DNA of 64,000 nucleotides from Convolutriloba macropyga (GCF_964194025.1 NC_134468.1:72974001-73038000); one strand, 5' to 3'; numbered from the stretch's first letter, positions 37,631 through 52,225 are shown. Numbers and translations are program-made. The notes: generated by a model not told the origin, from the letters alone.

Positions 37631-39605
37631 TACAACATATTTATTAACGACATATAATTCCGCACTAAACATCCACAACTTTTTCCTTGTCATTTGCGTT
37701 TTCCGACTTCCACAAGTGCGAGAAATTGCTTAAAATTGTCCACTTCAAACTTGGGTTTGGGCTGAGAATTGTCCAAAAAAATTTGGTGACTAAATTTCGC
37801 AAACTGTGTTTTCTTTTTACCAAGATACGTTAATAAAATTGCTGAAATTGGGGTGCGAATTCTTGCTTTGTAAATCGGTATCATCTCTTGGGAGAAAAAA
37901 TTCATCAATGTTACAAACGCATGCAATGAAAGCCATTTTGTGTATCTTTTGAACTAAGTTTTATCCATATAAATTAACTAAGTTTTTCAAAAAACCGACT
38001 GGCGAATTGATCAATAATTAAAATAGAAATCTGCTGTTCTTCTTTTAGTGGAAAATGTGAACAAGTAGCACCCTTTATCAGAGAAAAAGAGAGTCGATCG
38101 ATTATGATTGTTACAAGTCATTAAGAAAAACACCTCTTGTCTGTTATTATATAAAACCAAATTTTCCAGTGAAGGGCACTTAAAATATGCTCTTAATATT
38201 GCAAATGTAAATTAAATGCAACCCCTAGAGAAAAAATATCATAGCAATTGCGTCAAAACTTAGGCAATGTTTTTCATCAAATTTTTCAACATATTTCTTG
38301 CTAAGTTGTTTCGGATGAATAATTATTGTATTTAATGCATCCAGACCATTATTTACAATCTCTTGCTGCCTACAGATCAAAGTACAATAAAGATCATGTA
38401 TTAGAGAAAAATATGAAAATCTGAATGACTTTATTTGGAATTTGGTGTCAAGCAAGAAGCGGAGATCAAGAAAAATTCCATAAAAAGTTACAAAAAGTGA
38501 TGACTCGTCTGCCTGTTGAACGGAGTGTAAATTTTCCCTGAACGTAAATCCAGTAACCCATTACACCATATATGATATTCAATGGTGTAATCAGATGTTT
38601 AAAATTTTCGTACGATACAATATATTTATTAACGACATATAATTCTGCACTAAACATCCACAACTTTTTCCTTGTCATTTGCATTTTCCGACTTCCAAAA
38701 GTGCGAAAAATTGCTTAAAATTGTCCACTTCAAACTTTGATTTGGGCTTAGAATTGTCCAAATAAATTTGTGACTAAATTTTGCAATTTGTGTTTTCTTT
38801 TTTACCAAGATAGGGTAAAAAAATTGCTGAAATTGGGGTGCGAATTCTTGCTTTGCAAATCGGTATCATCTATTGGGAGTAATAATGCATCAATGTTACA
38901 AACGCATGCAATAAAAGCCATTTCGTGTATCTTTTGAAATAATTTTATCCATATAAATAAACTTCATAGTTTTTCAAAAAAAAATCCCTAGACTATCGAA
39001 TTGATCGTTATTTAAAATAAATATCTGCTGTTCTTCTTTTAGTGGAAAATGTGAACAAGTAGCACCCTTTATCAGAGAAAAAGGGAATCTATTGGCAATG
39101 ATTGTTACAAGTCATTAAGAAAAGTACCTCTTGTCTGTTATTATATCAAACCAAATTTTCCAGTAAAAGGCACTTAAAATATGCTCTTAAAATTGCAAAT
39201 GTAAATTAAATGCAACCTCTAGAGAAAAAATATCATAGCAATTGCGTCAAAACTTAAATATTGTGTTTCATCGAACTTTTCAACATATTTCTTGCTGAGT
39301 TGTTTCGGATGAACAATTATTGTTTTTAACTCAACCGGGCCACTATTTACAATCTCTTGCTGCCTACAGATTAAAGTACAATAAAGATCTTGTATTAGAG
39401 AAACATATGAAAATCTGAGTGACTTTATTTTGATGTCAAGCAAGAAACAGAGAGCAGGAAAAATCCATCAAAAGTTACAAAAATTGATGATTCGTCAGGC
39501 TGTTGAACGGAGTTTAATTTTTCCTTGAACGTAAATCCAAAAACCAATTACACCATATAAGATAATTTTTGGTGTTATCAGATGTTTAAATTTTTCTTAC
39601 GATAA
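37631..39605. repeat. Tandem duplication, period ~985 bp
   Basis: tacaa.atatttattaacgacatataatt starts at 37631 and 38616. The copies are colinear throughout with scattered substitutions and indels. Confidence 0.93.
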
Positions 39606-42600
39606 ATATTGAATTTGGATAAGCGATCGAATCTCATTTATGTAAAATTTATTAGAGCCTATAAAATCTTAGAAAAACGCTCTATACTTGATTGCCTGCA
39701 AGTGAAGAACAGATAGGTAAATCTTCCGCAATATAATACAGAGTAAGGGATTACCAAAGATACTTGATTGAATCTAAAGTACGGACAGACATGTACGCCA
39801 GTGAGCCTAACTTAAGTTATTTCACTAGCTAGAACAAAAATTGAACTGATTAAAACAATTAAAAAAAAGATTTTAGGTCAAAACGTTTTCTTAATCAGAA
39901 AAAGAAACTATATTAGGCAACATCTAATTTTGACATATAACAAAAAATACTGTGATTTTGAACTCTATCGATTTCAATTTAAAAAATTCAATTTGCTCAT
40001 GAACCGAATAGCATAATGTTTATGGTGTTTGCAGCATTTGATTGTCAAAACAAATTATCTTACACATGCGAAAACTAAAAAAACAGCTGAAAAAGAGCTG
40101 AAAAAAAATAGGTTTGTCTTCGAGAAATCGTGTTTTTGAAATAATCAAAGACCAGTAAAATTATGTTGACGAAGCTCAGTGCAACCATAGGACGAAAATA
40201 AAGACCACGTTTGCAGAGAAACATTGTTAATGCGAACTACCAAAGATGACAAAAAATAATCTTGATAAACATGGTTAAGATCACGATAATTAAATTTTGT
40301 ACCAATTAATGTTTGAAAGCAGCTAGCATAGTTTTCCAATTACAAAAAACAAAAAATTGATGTGAAAACATTAATGCAAAAAAAACAACAACTGAAGGCC
40401 AGACACAAAAAATTAGAAAAATGTCCAAAAATAAATGATCAAAACTGACAAATCTATATTAACTAAAAATGCCACATCAAATTGCGGAGGACGATCTGTC
40501 AATTTGACATAAAAACATTTTTAGACAACAAACTCGAAAACTATGGATAAAACTGAAACAGACGAAGTTTTATAGCAACAAAATTGCCGTAAACAAAAAG
40601 TTTCATTAAAACTAAAGGCACTCAAGAGATTCAAGTTTGTTTTGCTAGTATAATTTTTGAGAAATGTCGATATTGCTTCTACGTTTCTAGTAGAAAAAAC
40701 TAACTTCAGTTGAAACCAAAAACTAACTTCAGTTTGAAAATATGAAATCGTATAAATAAAATCTCTAATAAGTTAACGTTTGCCTCATCAGAAAAGCAAT
40801 AAGACTTATTAGATGTGATAGTAAATTTCACGTCTATAGAAATAACCAAAGATACAACTTAAACACAATTTTTACCATTACACAATATATCAAAGTGATA
40901 AAAAAAACGACACCTAACGCAAAAGCCCCTCTGATGCCTTTTTTCATCAAAACGTCAATGCAACCTGCCAATTATGAGGTCATAAAATAGCAACAACAAA
41001 CAATACGGACAGAAATCTAATGTTCACAATTTTTGTATAGAGAAAACAATGGACCAAATCTGGACTTTTAAAACACATGTATCAAATTTAATAGCATTCT
41101 TGATCAAATCAAGAGGAAAATGCAAATACAGAGGCTAAATTGCCGCACAAGGAAAATTTTTCAAACAGCAACTCTTCGCTGAAGATTGATTTGAAAAAAT
41201 TAACTATTTGAAAATACTCAATTTGTTGCTCTATTTGTACTCAAATTTCATTGTCATTGAGGAAAGCAAGAATGAGGGCGACCTTAATAAATAACACCCA
41301 ATAAGTTTCAATCACTTTGGAATAAAGACAATCACAATGGGATCAGTAACACTGTCGTTATCACTTCACGACTGTTATAAATACGCAAATATCCCAATAA
41401 AAAAATATGATAGATGAATAATCACCAAAAATTGTCAAAATGTCAAAATTCCAATTGGATAGAACAAGTAAGCAAAAACATTGATAGTAGAAGTTCATTT
41501 AGTCCTCGTTCTCGTTAATCAAGATTCTTTTATAATAAAACGGTTATCGGTCAGTTCTCTTGAAATTTTTTGCCGTTTTCAGATAATTTATTTGCTTCCT
41601 GTTTTTATAACCAAAGGTAATTTTCAGTAAAATCAGCCAACTGTTTGGAAAATTATCAAATCAAATTGTTCAGAAAATCTGTTCTAATATAAAAAAGATA
41701 TGGTTCAAGAGCAGATTTTATTATTTTAGGCAAAATAAAACAAAGTTTTAGGCAATCTCAGAAAAGTGAGCAAAAATATTGAATTTCAGCCACGGTTCGC
41801 TAAATATTCAAACCACGATAACTCCAAAATTTTTAAGGTGGACATGTTTTCTAATTATATCAGTCACAAATCTCTACCATGAATGTGTTGATCAGTCAAA
41901 ATTGACTGGGCTACTTCTCTGAGTTAAAAGTGAGTTAAACAGCTCTGATTTTGTAGTGTAGAACATATTAAAAGAGTCCCAAACAAAATAGCCCTAAATC
42001 GCAAATTTCAGTACACATATTTCGCTGATATTCTTCTTCTAACTTTTGCAATTTGTTCATTGAGTGTGGAAAGGTATATTTCTGTTTTTGACTCGGTTGG
42101 CGCTATTTTAACTGTGTTGTTCTCCCACATAGATTATTTGAAAGTAAGAGCTGCGAAAAGTATTTTAATAGGTTATTTGGAGCTTTTTTCATGAATTAGT
42201 TCTTTAAAATAGTGTTAAGATACCCTGAAAATGTTGCCGGCTGCCATAGAGATAAAACAGTCAATATCAGCTGCCGCCGTTCAAAATATCTAAAATATTT
42301 GTTTTATATAGGATCAAAACTTAATCCGATTCATTTGTTTTTGCAGTTTCCATGTTAAATTAAAATTGTTTTTACTATTACATGTCAAAATTATAGGTCC
42401 TTTGATAAATGAAGTGTTAAATTTGTTTTCTTTTAGTGTTTGTTCTGATGAGGCTTTCATTTGTTCTCTGATCAAGCGATAGAATATTATAGAAGAATGA
42501 ATAAAGACTTTGTAACATTTTTGAAGAGAAAATATTTGAACTCTTCATTGATGTTTACCAAAACAGCCAGACGAAAGATGATGCGATTTTGAGGAGAACG

Positions 42601-43283
42601 AGTTTGCCGAAAATTGTTTTCTTTATCTAATTTCCTTTCAAATAGCGGCAACAGCACTTTCTTTGGTTCCCATTTGTAAAAGACTGAAAAGTTAGTCTGG
42701 CTTTTTAATTTGTCATCAGTGAACTTTTTTCTCTTTGACGGTTAAATAACCAAGGGCAATAATACATTCTGGAGATTTGATCACTCGAAAAAAAATGTTT
42801 TTTAAGGAAATAGTTGAGATGGAAATTATGAACAGGGTCTCGGTTGTGTCTGCGGCAGCATTAAATTTCCTCAATACCGGAATCAAGTCAGACCAGACTC
42901 ACCTGATCCCTGAAACAAATTTACAACCTGACCATTGGCTGATTTTTACAAGGGCACTTGGTAATGTGGGTTTGTGTATCAACCTCTGACCCCATTAATT
43001 TCAAGGGTAGCTGTTAACCTTGGGGTCTTAAAAAACAAAAAGATATTAGCACAAATCTATGGGCAACGATCTTATCTATCATTCTCATTTGAAGTTGAGC
43101 GCAAAGCCGAAATGAATTTGATGAAAAAGCCTCTTAGCGATATACACGATAACCAGCCCTAACAATATGAGAAAAAATATTATTAAAAAATAATAGCTTT
43201 TTCAAATAAGCAGTTTTTAACGCCAGTTTATTTTTAAAACTCAATTGTCAACAATTAGACCAGTCGGAGAGTGTTTTCAGATA

Positions 43284-43716
43284 CCCTAGTCGAGACAAGA
43301 TGTTAGTCTTGCAATATCTGTTTTATTTTTCCAAAATATTTCTCCGATAAGTATTCATTTTTTGTTGTGTTGTTTCTTTTATATTAAAAAATTTTCTGTT
43401 TTCCTGAGTTTCTTCTCCTAAGACCTAGTATTAGGATAGGATCGGTCTCAGAAGCTATTTGCTGGCTTTTTTGTTTCAAGACTAGGATAGGAAATGGCTT
43501 CCGCGGCTTTCTCAGGCGCTTTCTATGGTTACGGCTAGGTTAAAAAGCAAAAATAGTATCCGTGTGGTTGTTAATCTTGCAACATCTTGCAAGAGGATGT
43601 TACTCTTGCAAGAATATATTGCAAAAAATTGTTAATCTCGCAAGATCTTGCAAAAAATCTTGCAGGATTATACATAATCAAGCACGATTCTTGTAACATC
43701 CTGAATCAACTAGGGG
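43284..43716. mobile_element. Second member of the CCCTAGT / TCTTGCAAGA family
   Basis: ccctagtcga ... tcaactaggg(g) termini with TA flanks. tcttgcaa repeats at 43307 and 43575-43700. Confidence 0.7.
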
Positions 43717-45568
43717 TAACCAATTACAAATTTGATCGAAGAAATTCTAAGGCTATCTGGTAAAAACTAAACTGGCTATATGAAATAGAATCGGCTTAAA
43801 TCATAGATTACAAAACGTGATTGGCATGGTCTGCTTTTGCATCTCAAACTAATAAATTATCAGGTTTTCAGGGGGTTCGAGGGGAAAAAGAATCTTTAGC
43901 GATAACTTGATAAATCTTAACTTTATAGCAATAAAAAACTCTTTTTGTTCATAGCCTCCGTTGAGAAAGTTATGTCTTTTATTTTCCCATTATTAACAAC
44001 AATGCCAAAATATGGATTAGTAGAGTTGAGTCTTATAAGCAATGCGGGAATTTGATTAATCCTAAGTTAAAAGATATAATATTTGTAAAAATGGACAATT
44101 TAACTGATTGTTATTTTTGATTGATCCGAGTGCTACACCGATCAGACTGAGTTCATAAAATTTTTATCAAGAGATAGGTATCTAAACTATATTCTTATTG
44201 AAACTAAAAATGCGACAAAGAGAACAAAAAATAAATTGACAGATCAAAAGTGAAGAGCTTGGAAAACGTTTGAGTTAAAGTCTGCTGGTAGAGAAAAAGA
44301 TTTAAACCAATTTATAAGGAAATCAATTTTGTCCGGTGCAGTCAATTAGGGACAATCTAGCACTTTAATATTTACGTGATCAGTAGTTGGTAAACATAAC
44401 ATTTTACTGGAAGCATTTCATTGCAAACGCACATCTGAACTAGTGTTTTTGTTCAGTTATGAAATGCTGAAATTTTCCCCAAAACTGTTCCAGATATATC
44501 TAATCTATTCTGGAAACAAACGAAAGAACAACTGACAATAAAAATCTTTTATTGTAATTTAGTTCCTCTAATTAAGAACAAAAAAAATTTGAATGAAGAC
44601 AAACAAATTTTACTATTTTGTTGAATCTTCTTAAAATCAAGATTTGTTATACTTTAGCCAGCTATTCCAGATCTTTTTCGTTTGAATCTGGCTTATGTGA
44701 AATAGCCCATTTAGAGGTTTTTTAATAGACATAAATTGTGTTTATGCATGTAAGTGCACACGAAGCGTGAATTTCTCGGAAATGAGAATAAGTTTGCGTG
44801 TCAATTTATCCTCGAGAACTGAAAATTTCAATACTTTTTCAAAAATTGATTCAATTTTGATATTTTTCAATTGGACCTCTTTTTTATCTCCCCACAAAAA
44901 TTATTGGTCGGCGAAAACAGACTTAACAAAAAAAGTCTTAACATGAACTTCCTAGCTCTTAAATAAATTTGGAACCAAAATGAGTTTTTTGAAAAATTTT
45001 CAGTTGATAAAGTAAGTTATGATTTAAACTCAGTTACATACCAATCACAATACTTTACTATCTATTGTTGTTTTTATCCAGTTTTTAAAGCATACTTTAT
45101 ACTTATCCCAAAATAAAATCAAATCTGATATTTTGTGATTTGCTGAAAACGTTTGGTTTTTTTTCTATTGTTTTTTTCTTTATGTGTTAGTTAGGGCAGA
45201 AGGTCTTTAAGAGAATTAAAATCGCCTAGAGGGCTAACTTAGAGAAAGACAATAATTAAGAAGTATTTTCAAAACTTGTTGGAATTTGGAGGCTAAGGCC
45301 CCGAACCACCTTAGCTGAATTTTAAATTCTACATTAAGTATTGCAACATGCAAACATGCAGAAGAGTTGAAATTCAATTCGCTTTCTCTAAAAAAGGCCT
45401 CACCGCAGTCATAGATACTAACCAATGTGCCTGAAAAAAAACCGAAAAGACGCACGTTTTGAGCCAAAAAAGGCCCACAATGAGCAGCAGAAGTTGCGAA
45501 AAAATGGTAAAAATTGGCTGAATGCTGATGAACTTTAGATAAAAGAAAAATGCTTTGTGTATGTTTAG

Positions 45569-45779
45569 ATTCCTGTGGGACTTCATCATGTTGATGTTGC
45601 TGATAGCGAACTTGGTGATTTTACCAGTGGCAATCGCATTCTTCAATGAAGAGAACAGCAATTCATGGGCAGTGTTCAACTGCATCAACGACAGCATCTT
45701 CATCATAGACATCCTCCTCAATTTCAGAACTGGCATTCCTAGGCAACACATGGCTGTACAGGTCGTCTTAGATCCAAAG
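45569..45779 (+). CDS. HCN: HCN (Ih) channel internal exon encoding S1-S2
   Basis: Translates (R)FLWDFIMLMLLIANLVILPVAIAFFNEENSNSWAVFNCINDSIFIIDILLNFRTGIPRQHMAVQVVLDPK, matching the HCN pattern RFYWD...NL.I.PV.I.FF...W..FN...D..F..D...NFRTG...LDPK. Acceptor tttag ends at 45568 and donor gtcagt starts at 45780. Length 211 nt, phase 2 start, phase 0 end. Confidence 0.95.
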
Positions 45780-46049
45780 GTCAGTACTGATATTACTCAA
45801 CCCAAATTGATGTTTTTGGTAATGGTATATGGTGTCGTATATGGTTTCATCACATTAAACACTATTTGAATAAAAACTCCAAAAAATGTCAACGTCCATA
45901 AAATGTCTTTTACGTTTAAAATTCGACAACTCTGAATCTCCCTTATTCTAAAAAAAGTGTTACCGAATCTCTCTTTTGTTAAATACTGAACAACAACGTT
46001 GGTGCCTACAAAAAATATTTAACTGTGCATAAGCAGGCTGAAGTCCCAG

Positions 46050-47015
46050 ACGCGGTCTTGAGCGTACTTGAGTCCAATCAGAGACAATTTCAATCAGAAG
46101 TGGGTTTAATCGGAGACAATTTCAAGCGCAAGTGAGTTTAATTGAAGACAATTTCAATCGCGAGTGGTTTTAATTGGCTACTATTTTGAGTGCATGTGGG
46201 TCTGATGAGAGCAATTCTGTACCTGAAAAAAGATTCAGTGGACGCAGTTATTGTTAACTGCTTGATTAAAAGTTGCTGGTTCTACCAAGAGCCAACATTA
46301 CAGATTGGTCTGATCATACTCAATAAGAATATATTGGCTCTAATTTAAACGAAGAAGACCTTCTGTGGCTAACAAGAACAGGCGTTCTTTAAACTCAATT
46401 AAAAATATCTGATGGAAAAAGAAGTTTTATCTACAAATCTTCCATGGAGTTTTTAACAAGTTTCAAATTTCTGGAAGAGCCTTACAAGGACATAAAAAAT
46501 AGTCAAACGTTTCAAATTTTGAGTTTTCATCGGTATAAATTTATCCAATTTAATTGAATTCTTTAATTAAATTTTTTGTTCAAAAATAAAATTTAAATCT
46601 AGGTTATATAGAGACTGATAGATTCACGCATTGTTGGCGCTTATATAACAAAGATACATTGCGCGAAGTAGGTTTTCAGCGACCACATCGAGCACCGGGT
46701 AGTCTAATCAGAGAAATCTTGAACGCAGGATAGTATGATCGGAGACCATTTTTATTGCAAGTAGATCAGAAGTGAACTCGAGCGCACTTTGATCAGATGG
46801 TGGGTGCAGATGGCTCTGATCAGAACTTTTCAGATTGCAGTCCGATGCAGAAAAAACTGTTCGAGATCGTTTGAGTCTGGTCATATGTGGATTTAGTTGT
46901 ACTTCTAGTGCAAAAATAATTTCAAGTGCGATTGAGTCTGATCAGAGATCATTTTTGTCTAGATTGGAGTGATCCGATGGCATTTTTGTCTGGGATGGTC
47001 TGATCAGGGAAGGTT
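46050..47015. repeat. Degenerate ~32-bp minisatellite in two blocks (about 46050-46220 and 46690-47015)
   Basis: gacaatttcaa at 46083, 46115 and 46147 (period 32). Related gtctgatcagaga units occur in the second block. Confidence 0.65.
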
Positions 47016-50000
47016 TCAAACATGACCTTAGGCTGGAGAAGGGTTTTTGTCGTTTTTGACAAATGGAATCAAATGCTGTCGAGCTATTATGTTCAATGAA
47101 CGGAAGACTTCTGAAATAGATTTTTTATTAGATTCTTTAAAAAATTAGGCGGTTATTGTCACATGTATTTTTTTCGTAGATTGAAAAATTATATTTTGAA
47201 TCAGGTGGTGTCGGACCTTTCACGATTAACAGAAGATCATATAAATCACAAAAATGACCTAGTGTAAACACATTTTTTTTTCTCATCCCAGTCAGTCAAT
47301 CATCAATAAAACAACGACTAGTTATCTGTGGGGTGTTTTTTTGCAATTCATTCAAGGTTGTTAGCAAATAGTGAACATTGAAGGACAAGTACCAACCTTC
47401 AAGTCAAATAATTTTCATTGACTAAACAAAAAACAAAACCTAGAATGGACTATGCATGGATTGTGGAAACAATTTCAAATAACGAGAAAAATGATGTTTG
47501 TTCAAACACCGTTTTCTCACTTTGATTTAAAATTAGAGTACACAAAATACACGCTGCAAGAATAATCACTCCACTTCTTTTTTCAGAATGACCGAAATAA
47601 AATCATCACTTCAAATTGACTTTAAAAATCTATTGACTTTTAAAGTGTAAACAGATCTTTAAAAAAAAGTTGCCGAAAGAGTTCGGGAAATGACGTGAAG
47701 TAGGAAAGTGATGGTCGTCAATGACCTACCTCACACCTTTCATAGTTGTACTGAACAGTTTGAAAAAATTAACAGGAGAAAAATTAACTGACTCAATCCG
47801 ATAGATCAGCTGATAAAAATCTCTGTTAAAATGCGACTTCAAAAAAACTGTTTTTGTAATACAAGCGGTTTGAAAATACAAAACTAATTGACAAGCAATT
47901 TAAGAAAGTTTAATACAAAGTTTCAATAAATTCTCTGGAACATGCAAAAATGCAGCTTCCCAACCATTTAACTTAGAAAGATGTTCATTAATATTAAATC
48001 AGTCACTCACATAAAATTCGACTATAAAATATTAAACATTTTAAAAAAAACTCAACAAACAGAAAAATTGCCAATCAAATAGAAAAGTGTATAATTTATT
48101 TCATTGAAAATTTCTGTCTGGCTTTCAAGTGTCACAAGAATTTTTTCACACCCACTTTTATCGCTCTCTCAAAAAATGACATGAGCAGAAAATCACTCCT
48201 TCTTCCCTTTGCTCTGTAGTTTGTTCAGCCATTTGTTTTAAATACACAGCCCCAATACGATTCAAATTCTTTGGATTGTAAAAAAATTGAAAATTTACTT
48301 TTAGCCTGTAAAAAAACAATTATTGATGAAAAACCGACACAAAAAAACTTAAAATTGAAACGGAATATGATCGATTGCCTATTCAAAACTTCGGAATTAT
48401 TTAATGGAACTGCACAAAATTGATGAGTCTCTTTTCAAAGAGACCCAAGTTTGCCTTTCATAAAAACTCTCACAGGAAATGCAAAATCATGATTCATTCA
48501 TTTCGTTGATTGATTCATTCAATGTTACTTTCTTTTTTTTATCTGCGTTCTCCGTTAGTATTTGTAAAGATGGGCGCTCGAGGTTAAACGTAGTAATGAT
48601 TATTCGGTTCTATATCCGTTGTAGAAGACAACGGACAGTAATTTTTGATGAATGATTAACGGATTGTAATTTTTTCAGCGAAGACAAACAATTGATTTTT
48701 CAAATAGAAATCTATCATTTTGATAACAAATTTTTCATCTATTTTGAACCCAATCTGCAAAAAAAGTTGTGTACTATTTTAATTTCATTGTTATAGCATT
48801 TATGAACTGATAAACTGATATTCAGAAGAACTGGTTTTTGTACTTAGCTAATTAAACTAATTTGAATAGGTAGCAGATATTTAATAGCCCGAAGAAGCAA
48901 AAGGAAGACAATTAACGAAAATGTGTTTGAATTGTTCCCTAGCTGAACAAACATGAACGAAAACTTCATGAGAACCAATTTTTGGTAAATTTGATTTTTT
49001 GCCTTCTGCCTGTAGAAACCAAGCGAATATCAGTTTTGCTTGCTGCAAGCGAAAATTAACGTTATGTATGTATGCATATCAATTAAAGAATAAAAAATAG
49101 CTCTTGGGGAAAAATAATTTTGCTTGAGATAGAAAGTGCTCAATTGGCGTCACAGATTTCTTTTCTTCATCTTTTCTAATCTAATAGGTTGCTTTCACCA
49201 TTTTAACTAATAGGAAAACACTCTTTTCAAATTATGTCACTTGAAAAACTTTTGCATAGAGAATCATGCATTATGCCCAATGTGCTTCTGAATTTTCAAA
49301 TTTAGAGTGTTCATTGAAAAACTTTTCAAACAGAAATTTCATTTAAATCTCTTTGTACTTGTGGGCTGATAGGTGATGACATTCTTGTATGGAGTTCGAG
49401 ATAAAAAACGGAATTCAATTAAGAGGATCATGGCTGCAATTCACATTTTCTACGTTATCAATCCATACAACCTTAGGAACTGCAGCTTGCCATATTACCT
49501 TTAGTAATTGATTACATAACTCGCCGATTAAAACAACAACGTACAAGCGAGAGAACTGGTGGTCGGTTTCAAATTCATATAATTTATATCGTTTAATCCG
49601 TTTTCAAAAAATAAACCTTAAGAAATCAAATTTGGTTCAAAGGGTTTTTTGGAGGCTTGAAGTTTTCAAACAAAAGGAATTGTTTTTTGTTTCCGGTATC
49701 ATTTTGACTTTTTATTAAGTCAAGCAGGTCGTCAAATTGAGAGAGATTTTCGAGGGAAATTAAAGTTACCTCTATTATAGTTACTTCACTAGTTGATCAC
49801 AATTTGTTATTAAACTTTTGGTCAAAATCCTAAGAAATAGTAAAAGTACTCTCTTGTTTGTTCCAACCCACTTTAGTGGAGGAGGAGCTATATTCTCAAA
49901 TTGTTTTGTTTTTTAAACATTTCTGGCCGATCGATGTAATCGTAGTAGAGAGACGTGAGAATATAGCACAGAGTAGAATATGAAATTTAAAATTTGTTTT

Positions 50001-52225
50001 GATCTTCATTTTTCCAGGCAGCCTTCGAAGTTTGAAAAAATTACGTGACCATTTGAATGATATCCGCTGGTTTTTCACGATTTCCCAAACTTTTGTTCAT
50101 TTTTCCAGAAGTTGGTGAACAATTGTGTTATATTTTTTGTCCTATGCACACAGAGGAGGGTTGCAGAATTGATTGATTTGACAATTTTAGCTGAAAACGT
50201 ATTGATTTTTTCATAATTTTTCTCTCAAAAATGGCACCAATTATGCTTCTTTTCGCAGATTGTTCAAATTTACTGGAAGTATAGACCCTAAAACTGCTGG
50301 TGCATTTTTGAATAAACTCAAAAGAGAGCTAGTTTTATTTCTTCTTCCCTCCAAAACGTTCAGGAATATAGATTGCGCCAGTTTTTTGCCAACTTTAAAC
50401 AATCAGTACTCAAAATGCATCATTGTTTCCAGACGCGTTGAAATTTTTGTTGCCAAATTGCTTGTCTTGGTTACATTTGGAACAATTAATTGTCATTATT
50501 GAACGCACAAACAAAATGAAGGTGTCATTGTTGCTTTTGCTAATCAAATATTGTGATGATCATTTTTGGTTTTTTTTTTAAATTAGGTTTTTTCTGTGTT
50601 TTTCTGGGTCAACTATGGACGGAGAAAGTTTCATATCAAAAGTAAGTTTTTGAGAACCCATAACTTAATGCAAAGGTGGCCCATGAGTCTTATATTTTGT
50701 GTTCAGAGAAAAAGTTATTTAGGTTTTTATGTCTTCGACAAAGTGTTTTGATGATTTTTAATTAAATTCTTGCATTTTGCCCAAATTTGTTGTTATTTTT
50801 GCAGTCTCATGAATTAAGTATCAGACAAAAGGTCCAATTGATGTCCCTAATTGTTGTAGTTAACATATATTATGCTTTCAGTAGATACCTGATACCTCTT
50901 TTGTCTTTTAATATGTTTGTTTTAAGATCTTTTGCCATTGAAAATTGTTTTTTATTGATTTGAGCTGTGCAATCAGTAATAAACTTTATGGGTAGTTTTG
51001 GCACGAACAGTTTTGCTTTCAATGAAAAATCCATTTTTCGCACATACCTTAAAATTATGTTGTTCATTCGATGTCATACAAACTGTTGATATCACGAACT
51101 TTTTTTGAAATATAGTGGCACAAAATTGTACTATATTAGAAAATCATTGCTAATCTAAAGCAAAATCCCCAAAACAGAAAAAGAAGAGATTTTGTTCACA
51201 AGTTCACAAGTTTCACAAGTTAAACTCTTGCTGGTCGCATAATCAAGGAGACTCATCAATTATAATGTCTTTTTTCTAGATCCTAAAATCTTTTTTGTTT
51301 ATAGATGTTTATAAATGATAAACAATTTTTAAAAGATTGAGAAATTGATGTTTATAGCATCGATTTGCGCCGATTTCTGACCCCTTAAATTTACCCAAAT
51401 GCATTTTGCGCAAATTTTAATTAAGAAAAATGATCGGTATTTCTGATTGTATTTATAGTAACTTAATTTTGTTAAATCCAATCATGCTTAAACAACTTGT
51501 TCATTAAATTGAAACTAAATAATGCAAAACAAACTTTCAAATTTATTGTTAAGTTGAGTGTGAAAACAGGTTGCGGACTTCTGGCCGCAACTGAAAAGCT
51601 TCATGCCATCTTTGATCCCCAGACTGGAGGTGATAATCTCTTTGTCAGGATGTCCATCCAATGGGTGGACGCAGTCACTAGATTTTTTCAATTGCTGCTT
51701 AAACACTGCTTTCAATTGTAAAAGTATTTTCTTGTTATGAAGGAAAGTTTAAAAAAGGGAGCATGAGTTTTACTTAACTCAAAATTTCCTCTAATCACCT
51801 GTGAGTGATTAAATTATTGACTCAACTGAATTAATAGAAATAGTAATGATTTGTTGAAAATAAAAATTTTAGAAATTCCTTTCATAATTGAAAAAAATGT
51901 ATGAAAACTGCAAATAGAAATACAAAATTATCAAAAATAAAAAACGAAATTGGCAATTTACTGCAAAGACAACGCTAATTGTAATTATTTGAGATCGCAA
52001 TTGTATAAGCAAATCTGCTATCAAAACATTTTTTGGAAGAAAAGGAAATTTTTTTAAAAAACCTCAAAAATTTAGCAACCGAATAAGTTGAACTTGCAAG
52101 ACGGTGCGTAATCTCACAAGACTCTTACACGATAGACGTCGGTAATAGACCTGAGTGGTGCCTAGAGTTTTCAATTTCAACATATTTTTTAGGTACCAAA
52201 ACTATTTGTTTTTCCTGGTTTTCAG

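Noticed and set aside
46050-46220. Regularly spaced gacaatttcaa repeats resembling a CRISPR array
   Set aside because: The intervening sequences are homologous to each other (a 32-bp minisatellite), the context is eukaryotic and there are no cas genes.
49896-51721. Cys-containing fragments (INCSKCNQ) suggestive of a Mutator-like transposase relic
   Set aside because: No catalytic motif or termini could be supported.
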